Numbered from the stretch's first letter, positions 59,001 to 63,886 are shown. The stretch is DNA of 64,000 bases from a virus (IMGVR_UViG_3300005264_000040:113769-177768); one strand, 5' to 3'. Numbers and translations are program-made. Notes: generated from the letters alone by a model not told the origin.

Positions 59001-59704
59001 TCTTTTAATTTCATTATAGGGCCATTTTTATTTGGAGCAATAATAGAAGTAAGATAAGGACGCAAATCTTTTACATCTGACAAACCAGAAATAGCATCAG
59101 ATAATCTCACCATTCCCGTACCTATCGTACCGCCAAGAGTAGCACCTAAAAACTCTCCACCTAATGCTCCTACAGCTGTTCCTACTGGTCCTAATAAAGA
59201 GCCTAAAGCAGCTCCAGCATATCTACCTGCAAAGCCTCCTACTCCCATTCCAATAATAGATGCTCCTGCATCTCTTATGTTTTCATCTAATCTTAAATTA
59301 ATTGCTTTGTTATATTCGGTAGGAGTTATATTAAAAGCAGTTTTTGAATATAAAGGTGCATCATATAAACTGCCGTAATAACTTAAAGGATTATAAGGCC
59401 CTAAACCCATTCCTGCGTTTTGAGCATAGAAAGGATTAGCAGGAGTAAGAACACCAGAAACTGTTCCATAAGTGTTGCTCATAGACATAGTCATTACATT
59501 AACAAGTTTATCTAATTTAGAATTTAATTGTTGCATAGATTGATTTAAAGCTAAAGAATCAACTGAAGGCCCTATTTGAAGAGGTTGAGCGGCGGACGAC
59601 GCCATAGGTATAGAAGTAACCGGGGCTTGATATACAGGCCCCGTGGATGGTATGCTCATTTCTTGTGCTTGCTGCATCAATAATGGTTGGTTAGGATCTA
59701 TCAT
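50096..59704 (-). CDS. Tape measure protein
   Basis: 3202 aa, helical and K/E-rich, with a Gly-rich hydrophobic segment (GVGGFAGRYAGAALGSLLGPVGTAVGALGG); lies directly downstream of a chaperone-like frameshift pair. Confidence 0.8.
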   Translation of the reverse strand: MIDPNQPLLMQQAQEMSIPSTGPVYQAPVTSIPMASSAAQPLQIGPSVDSLALNQSMQQLNSKLDKLVNVMTMSMSNTYGTVSGVLTPANPFYAQNAGMGLGPYNPLSYYGSLYDAPLYSKTAFNITPTEYNKAINLRLDENIRDAGASIIGMGVGGFAGRYAGAALGSLLGPVGTAVGALGGEFLGATLGGTIGTGMVRLSDAISGLSDVKDLRPYLTSIIAPNKNGPIMKLKDLERYYKQIEDVAADMAEIIPKDVVKKDLLPLLNQYDLVGMVRDTKEFKKKFKDLVETVKEVGGALHMSLEDATKLMGEYKKLGITDINFTSDLAYRTKFIGEQVGMNPQAMAQQNVQYATALRQTGMSGKSAAATTALGQALFSNYAMTQEGNQIIEQLGGRQIAVEKFMSGFTGMMSNMLQGNVGSANSLPLSAMAAFLEYDKEKGKYSFNKQAFARFNQQLEQANTPEERMKLYTNYSAIGAANASSMGITSNQALTSILTQTASPDIVSNVLSAGMRDQIYQAWLPYKDKLSFKDFSVNYLMNQYGMDYETAVMMASSLSRSNMINANRTLMQSERRKEADQYQYLLKKYGFWGRLGTSASKFWSDLKSGVRQGSLKLGENMADIFRKIPIFGGGADLERYETLTPEQKEALKQEIGSMNFMEIDKILNTQGTSLKTPEGKVIIPGETGNVTLGERFTDIAAGVGEDLMNLVDARTRAIAQIGTSSDKQTNAYINAYKATVSKRNTFVGDNTTLTLSKYKRNILEAGKYGTALVAAQNNIASSMDLKQAEDIIKQIATGQTVTGTQPATIETVPNDINKIPGFLASNTEIFGTRVIKNFNSIIDDLQNKLTPAAKNGDFEEVARISKQIAVKLNNAINIANEDVIDEKGRQAIIKITKEIRDYIKLNTEDVKQKVAGFEIVQPKSALSQPVSKQIFNKNLQRYQQQLAEVVGAEQLDTKKLKNILEQGNSIVQQSNLIAPSNKELVGTALEQLSKMELPADLKEQVTEQKIFAGAKITKEEFDAITNKIKQDISKVNDWVNTITANNYIPKKEDAQTANSFIALLTKDEALLEKIKDSGFDTSKIKTQLTETKNKLKDVISKIHDKIDSMKSDLETVDKQIEGINKNIDNALKQTGMSQAGRELATEYGTVGKEFTSKFRNIEKNLITDKDKEKYAKIENLITTLEDQNATVEQKAGAINEIVKIAAGMSDTARKDEILSIIQPYQDIYNQKAKTSKKYAAFNALFNIRDKSTLLVANKELKANGLEEFANVASFAYQQMNSNLVPENIQKQIDSVIGALEKGTRGGITHGVQTLQEIKGQLPKELQDEVDRIIKNKYKLSSETGKNLIKEFKEKYETYKGRDETSQFNIIKDEFNQIQDFLDKHKDEIGTEEFDELMTEKLSDMLTTLKVDPSKIDMKKLKEEIMKKYQEMESVKSDIISSGTIDSLKDVLNTRKDDLTKTDKRISKIKDLATQLQKGNLSLGDYADKLEQLESLYTEVSKDILKDNSKDAKNIATKTINRVKEIIKNPGELDLSAYEDLINHAEEYLENGNYDTLNKEIKEALTKLKEDFVDTQKIEDKKQREEAQKKLKEIEANLKLLGTESSQLQNISTPDGMISKIDELTEFLSANKEDLSKKQEDLNKVAKTIDLEQIKEEVKKYQEIVSTGNVEEIQKAGKELFETIQTATEKAAKITDESVRKDILSRLKDMGSVIDKSLDTQTETLKDKIYELDTTIAKASKPVDISEYTVETIEQLQKNLDTFVKAISDEDKQKSAAKLLGSVLNLENISKETGIDVETQEKIKQLLKTAKKKLLEQGFSPSSKLVKDIDAKLANLGSGTLSDEDKKNLIKQIGLDIQTINQFFVDNAEGLKNFPEQYKEILLKFVDTIDNDINILNKLEETDKTAEFKQKLQKLKQQINVIISTKKTNKELDKLLEEVDTTLDVTSKNAEKLKQPPSTPEMKSIQALAKQINEGNLTPADKKDLQNKIEDLFNQVQSQSNKAIRTYELGALEDLISSAKTTGIDVSATEKKIAEFKKQEKENSRKEVLKQYEKPLKEGITNNIKEAYAILNKDVLSDEDFNRLIQIMGDIGKAFNAANKIGIMDDFKSLKDEFQSLTEKIANRQNEAMKEAYSFNKNLGVEGTIMSKFVEKLNDYNAKIQKNDVNIMMLGNTGLAYFVNEQSGTKTFAVTGLNDELMMKYKDVYANAIPELLRSVATYNDTIQGIPNLQIDYSTKSVSDIMEITNKISQIPKAIKNLKLMNDEAGQKNLSAVDKLMALEAEVQAMGMSIPGLDVSDFKKEIEIAKKLLATGDSAKIKEAESKLDSLQKNITSIINNIYERFYDQNGQLKPQTDKLSKQASQAIVTTNKEFIMAEEKYENDVIKAALNVANISTQQVSWTETLSPTAKVQLKEEEKEKTNQYINTKLNFMALGSITQSGLINQLGSNATETAINEIKGLSQDVQKIAESIDQTAMDKLAKISTSFATVDTNLIKEVNYAQGDLDSVINYTKKTAKKLIETLNSDEYKNKKGVKEFVSKLEGYLDKLDSYEEEYKNAKTPEQAKAVFNKIKEEFNIIQTSIKSFSLSSVKDYQKYKTGALEQAAEAARYVAKNEVIETTEKEVTPQIIKELASKFNISENEAEYIVANAEYDEKGNLKGSFLDNLKAIIGINITKEDELKTIMRRKRKDVQEAQENIRDAYASSNKDTLNKLLGFMSEDQRKQVIEQIQTGKINSVESLQKTLKDMGISYENMNKYFTEGAGKELGSIFAEKGLDMSSFETVTATIFGGVKGLTEKGAITPVISRGSVKILEDLKNKTNKLLTTAENYANKAFRNVMIDLKKGSDFWGKNVFNPIQVSGLQKFLEENEEDFNRISYLIAKAYGESETYGDFINKLKETFGIDEEVARGLAKLALGREAAQEITKINPGEQESIKIKGNENLKVSKDLLATSELATSLGPKLSKLLSKQDSYKMVEMMRQISNVAETIETPEKRIAFEHFAAAPSSIFSVENLQELQDLLKSEVEVYKKGGLNLPIQMYSALEKLGEGNITDLGEAKALFAKLGVENVDEMAAKYIDLIKKNASSEDITTLLQNAFANAYGSRLDEVARNGYIGESAETGQVNAGTVASMIIHGDNQLENEVAESEIPDYKSMLDSTTQLLNSMDENTKVTTQLINAVKEYTDKVDKLINEQTTSNSKNKKKAPTD

Positions 59705-59724
59705 GAATTAAACACCACCTATTG

Positions 59725-60054
59725 TTAATTTGTTCCTAGAGATTTTGAAAGTTGGTCAAAGAATTTTTTTACATCCATGGCTTTCTTTATGTTATTGGTT
59801 TTTTTAAGTTGTCCAAATAAAGATCTATCGAATTCTTTGTGTATTTCTTGCAACTTATTCGAAGCTTCTTGACTATTACCTACTGCAGCTATTATTGCAG
59901 TAACAATCATCATAACTCCATAATAAATGCTTCTTCTCTCTCTCATTATTTCGAAGAGCGCAAGATTTTCATCTATTTGGTCTTCAAGCGGAGGCTGACC
60001 CAGTTTCTTCAGATGCGCTGTCACTATCCCCTTCTGACTTTCGAAAAAAGTCTT
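59725..60054 (-). CDS. Tail assembly chaperone frameshift extension (T-like ORF)
   Basis: No RBS. The frame opens immediately after a TAA at 60055-60057, right at the TTT TTT CGA site of the upstream gene; lies between the G-like gene and the TMP. Confidence 0.65.
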   Translation of the reverse strand, partial: KTFFESQKGIVTAHLKKLGQPPLEDQIDENLALFEIMRERRSIYYGVMMIVTAIIAAVGNSQEASNKLQEIHKEFDRSLFGQLKKTNNIKKAMDVKKFFDQLSKSLGTN

Positions 60055-60553
60055 TTACACCTGAAACACCTGTTTCTGTACCTTCTAAATAATTATTCAA
60101 ATCATTAAGCATTTTGTTATAAGTTTCCATTAACTGTTGTAAATAATTTACTGGAAGATTATTTATAAATTCTAATCTTGGAAGAATAAACTCTTCATAA
60201 ATATCATCAGCTGTCATAGGTCTTCCTTCAAATAAAACTCTACCCTTAAGTTTTGCTTGCATATACAAATCTCCTACAAAGTCAGCGCCTTCTACTGGTT
60301 CTCCATTAACTTTAAAAAGAGAAACTGCTAAAACTGCTTGTGTGTTGTAAGATTGCAACCTTGTCAAACTTAAAGGTACATCTTCTGAAGATTTTAAACT
60401 TAACCTGTCAAGAATAGATTCAGCTAACATTCCGTCTTTTGTGTTTAAACTTCGTAATGTAATCTTTAATTCCTTACCTTCTTCGTTTGTTAAAATGACA
60501 TCCTCAGTTAAAAACTTTTTCTTAAAAAAATCTGTGTAATCTCTTAAACTCAT
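59984..60553 (-). CDS. Tail assembly chaperone (G-like)
   Basis: ITLRSLNT...LAVSLFKVNGEP...RLEFINNLP typical chaperone pattern and position upstream of the TMP. Start moved to ATG 60553 (GGGGGT RBS). Confidence 0.7.
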   Translation of the reverse strand: MSLRDYTDFFKKKFLTEDVILTNEEGKELKITLRSLNTKDGMLAESILDRLSLKSSEDVPLSLTRLQSYNTQAVLAVSLFKVNGEPVEGADFVGDLYMQAKLKGRVLFEGRPMTADDIYEEFILPRLEFINNLPVNYLQQLMETYNKMLNDLNNYLEGTETGVSGVKDFFRKSEGDSDSASEETGSASA

Positions 60554-60589
60554 ATAAGACACCCCCGTAATAAAATTTGTTTCTAAGTT

Positions 60590-60620
60590 ATTATATCATA
60601 GAATATATTAAAATTGCTAA
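60590..60620 (-). promoter_or_regulatory. TTAGCA-N16-TGATATAAT promoter for the chaperone/TMP operon
   Basis: attatatca 60590-60598; tgctaa 60615-60620. Confidence 0.75.
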
Positions 60621-60700
60621 TCTTTGAACGTTAGTATTGACTGGAAAAATATGTTATAATGAACATAAGAAAAAAAATTGAAAGGAGGCTTCCTTTTATT

Positions 60701-61216
60701 ATGAAGCGTGCAAAAAGAAGTATTATGAAAGCATATGTGGAAATCTTCAAAGAAGCTTTTCCAACTTTTTCTAAAAGATTTATTAATGGAATAGTGATTA
60801 ACGAACAACAAAAATCTATAAGTTTTGATGTTGAAGTGGATTCATTAAAATACAAAGCTGTTTTACGAATAGGTCTAGAAACCGAAATAATCACTATCTT
60901 TGAAACTATGGTCACTATTTTAGAAAACACTTCAACTAAAACATTGGAAGTGCCTTTGGGAGCAAGTAGAAGAAAATACAAATTACCTCCTAAATCACAG
61001 GTAGCTTGGGTTGGAGAACGTACTATCCTCGAAAAAACATTAAGAGATTATTTAAACAGAATTGAATATGAAAACAGAAAAGTAATGCTTAATCCAAAAA
61101 ACAAAGTAATATTACAATATAAGATGATTCCTTTTTCTAATAAATCAGCTGTTAAAAAATTTTTAAAAAGGAAAACACCAATTTTATATGTGGATTTAAT
61201 AGATGAGTTAAATTAA
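60701..61216 (+). CDS. Basic hypothetical protein (about 171 aa)
   Basis: Start moved to ATG 60701 behind AAAGGAGG. The track ATG at 60659 overlaps the TGTTATAAT promoter (TTAGTA-N15 variant, 60631-60660). Confidence 0.6.
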   Translation: MKRAKRSIMKAYVEIFKEAFPTFSKRFINGIVINEQQKSISFDVEVDSLKYKAVLRIGLETEIITIFETMVTILENTSTKTLEVPLGASRRKYKLPPKSQVAWVGERTILEKTLRDYLNRIEYENRKVMLNPKNKVILQYKMIPFSNKSAVKKFLKRKTPILYVDLIDELN

Positions 61217-61241
61217 ACGCCCTTTTTTAGGGCGTTTTTTT
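61215..61241 (+). terminator. Intrinsic terminator marking the boundary to the GC-richer region
   Basis: aaacgccct/agggcgttt followed by a T-run. Confidence 0.8.
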
Positions 61242-61243
61242 AT

Positions 61244-61278
61244 GCTTAAAAAACGAGAATATTTTTGGTATATATAAT
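61244..61278 (+). promoter_or_regulatory. Second promoter class GCTTAAAAA-N12-TTGGTATATATAA, copy 1
   Basis: The same motif recurs at 61720-61753 and 62617-62650, with a degenerate copy at 61613-61648. Confidence 0.65.
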
Positions 61279-61320
61279 ATGTTCAGTGACTTCTATAGGA
61301 AGTTCTTGAACAAAATTTAA

Positions 61321-61376
61321 GCCTGTAGGATTCTTTCCCACATTCCTGCAGGCGATATAACGGAGGTGGGAATATG
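61321..61376 (+). ncRNA. Translation-initiation hairpin/pseudoknot motif, copy A (cis-regulatory RNA candidate)
   Basis: 10-bp stem, 13-nt loop; loop TTCCCAC is complementary to GTGGGAA between the SD and ATG 61374. Confidence 0.7.
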
Positions 61377-61586
61377 TTGTTTAAGAAAAAAGAAGCCCCT
61401 AAAATGGGGCAAAAATTTGTGAAACTCTCGGTCGAAAAGGCCGAGGGTTTCGAGCTCGGCCTAAGAATGGCCGGTTTCGAGAAAAGCAGCACCCATAAAA
61501 AGGTGCTGCGTGAAATCCCCTGGGGGTACAGGGGATTTGTAGTAGATCTTGATGAAAAGATCTACTATATTGTAATAGGGGTGTGA
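61374..61586 (+). CDS. Small early-type hypothetical protein (70 aa)
   Basis: GGAGGTG RBS; followed by a terminator at 61577-61602. Confidence 0.7.
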   Translation: MLFKKKEAPKMGQKFVKLSVEKAEGFELGLRMAGFEKSSTHKKVLREIPWGYRGFVVDLDEKIYYIVIGV

Positions 61587-61602
61587 TACCCCTTTCTTTT
61601 TT
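61577..61602 (+). terminator. Intrinsic terminator
   Basis: aggggt/acccct stem plus ttctttttt. Confidence 0.7.
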
Positions 61603-61719
61603 ACAAATTGCATTGTAAAAAAATAAAAAAATATTGGTATATATATATAGGTAAAGGGCGCCGCCCTGAATATTTTATTATCCTGTGCATTTAAATGTCT
61701 AATAATAATTTGAAAAAAC

Positions 61720-61753
61720 GCTTAAAAATGCACAGGGTTTTGGTATATATAAA
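61720..61753 (+). promoter_or_regulatory. Second promoter class, copy 2
   Basis: GCTTAAAAA-N11-TTGGTATATATAAA. Confidence 0.65.
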
Positions 61754-61754
61754 T

Positions 61755-62069
61755 TGTGAGCAGGACTTCCTTTAGAGGTCCTGCATATCTCCCTGGAAGT
61801 CAGGGAGCGGAACTGCGAGACATCGCAGGCGGAAAACTCCTCTACTTTTTATAAGTAGGGCAAGGGAGGCTCTAATATTAGGGCTTCCCGGTAGCGAGTA
61901 CGCCGCAGCGCTCTGCCTCGTAGGGAAGCTGTACTGATTTTCAGGGAGAAGTCCTGGGCCACGGGACTATAAACAATGTGGAAGTGCCCGTATAAGGGCG
62001 CGTTAAACAAAAACCGGCCCCACAGGAATATTGCTCTCAGTCCTGTTGGGGTGACATGGAGGTGAGAGC
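61755..62069 (+). ncRNA. About 310-nt GC-rich structured leader / ncRNA candidate
   Basis: Hairpins at 61760-84, 61789-807, 61813-28, 61864-89, 61950-68, and 62018-51 (motif copy B); no convincing ORF. Confidence 0.65.
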
Positions 62070-62564
62070 ATGAAGTTATTTTTAAGGGTTCTGAACGAAC
62101 CCTCAAAATTCCCGGAGGAAGTTATTATAGCTTCCCTCCGGGAAGCTTTTAAGTACGGCCGTCGGTATGAGGCCGTCATAAAAAAAATGTTACAGGACCC
62201 GGAATTCCGGGTTCCTGTAACAATCAAAATCCCCTCAAGGATGAGGGGATTAGTCCGCAAGGATGCGGAAGAAAAAAAGGGCACAGGCAGGAGTGCCCGC
62301 CCTGGCTCAGCCAGGGTATTAAAGAGCACTGGAAGGTGCTCTATATACATCAAATCTTACGGGGTTGTTCCCGCGAGATTTGATGTAAGAGGCACTGTCG
62401 TAATGATAGAGCCTCTTAAAAAAGGAACCGCAGCATATGCGATTCCTACAGAATTTTTCTTCGGAGCTGTGCGCTCCGGAGAAAAATATCTAAACCTAGA
62501 TGAAGTACCTTTCAAAAGGTACTATCATCGAGGTAAAAGTATTGAAATCATAGCCGGTAAATAG
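62070..62564 (+). CDS. Basic hypothetical protein (164 aa)
   Basis: GGAGGTG RBS embedded in motif copy B; ends in a 14-bp terminator hairpin. Confidence 0.7.
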   Translation: MKLFLRVLNEPSKFPEEVIIASLREAFKYGRRYEAVIKKMLQDPEFRVPVTIKIPSRMRGLVRKDAEEKKGTGRSARPGSARVLKSTGRCSIYIKSYGVVPARFDVRGTVVMIEPLKKGTAAYAIPTEFFFGAVRSGEKYLNLDEVPFKRYYHRGKSIEIIAGK

Positions 62565-62593
62565 TCCTGCCTACCGGCTATGATTCTTTTTTT
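62546..62593 (+). terminator. Intrinsic terminator
   Basis: aatcatagccggta/taccggctatgatt perfect 14-bp stem plus a T-run. Confidence 0.85.
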
Positions 62594-62616
62594 ATATTGT
62601 GTATTATAATATTATC

Positions 62617-62650
62617 GCTTAAAAACACATCAAATCTTGGTATATATAAA
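62617..62650 (+). promoter_or_regulatory. Second promoter class, copy 3
   Basis: GCTTAAAAA-N11-TTGGTATATATAAA. Confidence 0.65.
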
Positions 62651-62654
62651 ATGC

Positions 62655-62861
62655 AAAGGGAGTTAAATACCCTGAGCAGACAGCCTCAGTATCGTCCGAC
62701 TGAGGTGGTGATGGTAAGGACGACAGGCTCAACTCTACTGGCCTGTATAAATATACGGTAGGGTAGCGGTTGCTCACGACCGCTATATAAATAAGTGAGG
62801 ATTGCGCGGACTGACCTCCGACAGTTCGCAATGCAATCAAATTTTAAAAGGAGGGGTTGTC
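62655..62861 (+). ncRNA. About 200-nt structured leader with an A-rich-loop pseudoknot and an anti-SD hairpin
   Basis: Stem 62764-70/62779-85 with loop CTCAC pairing GTGAG (62795-99). Hairpin 62800-38 has loop CCTCC complementary to SD GGAGG (62850-54). Confidence 0.6.
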
Positions 62862-63209
62862 TTGAAGAAGATCAAATGGATTTCAAGGCATCCTCTCCCA
62901 GCTGAAGCTCTTGAAGCTTTGGCTAAGGAATTAAATGTTTCTGCATCCGATATTGTTGTAGATGCAGAAAACATTTTATTCCCAGCCGATGCTGATGGAG
63001 CTTATGCAGCTTTAAAAGAAGCTGCAGCTGGATATGACGCTGTGGGTTTTGTTGCCCCAGCTCAATTGACAGCTGCTCTTCTTAGAGCTGCAGCAGCTGG
63101 GAGAGGCCTTGGAACCAAAGGGTTCTTTGTAATCTCTGTGCCAAAAATGGCACCTGATGGGATTACAAGAACCTTTGTATTCGATCACATAGAAGTATTT
63201 GATATGTGA
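62862..63209 (+). CDS. Small Rossmann-like protein with an N-terminal SRH motif; Csx16/Csx20-like ring nuclease candidate
   Basis: TTG start behind AAGGAGG; IKWISRHPL...YDAVGFVAPAQLTAALL...PDGITRTFVFDHIEVF. Similarity to Csx16/Csx20 is from motif recall only. Confidence 0.5.
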   Translation: MKKIKWISRHPLPAEALEALAKELNVSASDIVVDAENILFPADADGAYAALKEAAAGYDAVGFVAPAQLTAALLRAAAAGRGLGTKGFFVISVPKMAPDGITRTFVFDHIEVFDM

Positions 63210-63214
63210 TTGAA

Positions 63215-63541
63215 TACAGGTTCCTCGGAGGCGAGGTTGCTCAGAACCTCGATGCCGAAATCTGGGCTCTGGAGTAGGTCTCTCCAGAATAATATAAAAA
63301 GACAAGCATAATCCTATACGATGACGGTATAGGACTATGCTAGGGTGGCAGGTCTTTTTCGAGGCCTGTTTTCTTCTTGTCACCCGAAGGTCCGAAAAGG
63401 GCCTAACAGAAAACAGGTGGGCTTAACGCCCTTTCTTATTTGAGAAGGTTGTCATTGATAGCCTTCTGAAATAAGAAAAATAATTCCAACCTCACAGGAA
63501 TCTTACTCCCAGTTCTGTGAGGAGACATTGGAGGTGGGAGT
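63215..63541 (+). ncRNA. About 330-nt structured intergenic leader ending in motif copy C
   Basis: Hairpins at 63268-88, 63306-40 (14 bp, 1 mismatch), caggtct/aggcctg, aggtcc/gggcct, gggc/gccc, and 63490-63522. Confidence 0.6.
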
Positions 63542-63886
63542 ATGTTAAAAAAAATTTTTTTTATTTTAATCTTTGCAGCCGCAATTGCGGCTGCATTTGT
63601 CTTCGGCTATGCCTATGGCAAAGCCGAAGGCAGAGAGCAAACCGCAGCATACTTGCAGCTGCGGTTTGAAGATAAAATAAAAGAAACCGCATCCCAGGCA
63701 TGGGATGACGGTTTCGAAGAGGGTTCCATCGCAGGATGGAACCTTCTTTTGTCCTTCCTTGAATGGAAGGATATTACAAGCGTTGAAGAAATTCAACGCT
63801 TGGTTAATTCGGAAGCTGTAACTTTAACTTCCGAATTAAAAAATTTCCAGGAGCAGCAGAAAAAACTGTTTCTGGAATCTCACTAA
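63542..63886 (+). CDS. Small membrane-anchored hypothetical protein (114 aa)
   Basis: N-terminal hydrophobic helix IFFILIFAAAIAAAFVFGYAYG; GGAGGTG RBS within motif copy C. Confidence 0.7.
   Translation: MLKKIFFILIFAAAIAAAFVFGYAYGKAEGREQTAAYLQLRFEDKIKETASQAWDDGFEEGSIAGWNLLLSFLEWKDITSVEEIQRLVNSEAVTLTSELKNFQEQQKKLFLESH

Noticed and set aside
61950-62799. preQ1-I riboswitch identity for the A-rich pseudoknots
   Set aside because: The stem, U-start loop and CUAUA(A) tail look similar, but the nucleotide 5' of the closing strand is G or A rather than the preQ1-pairing C, and the pseudoknot uses the 3' end of the loop. No queuosine genes are downstream.
61849-63383. Minus-strand ORFs 61849..62106, 62003..62353, 62619..62840 and 63012..63383
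   Set aside because: They have no RBS and oppose promoter-, RBS- and terminator-supported plus-strand units; they are open because of the higher GC content.
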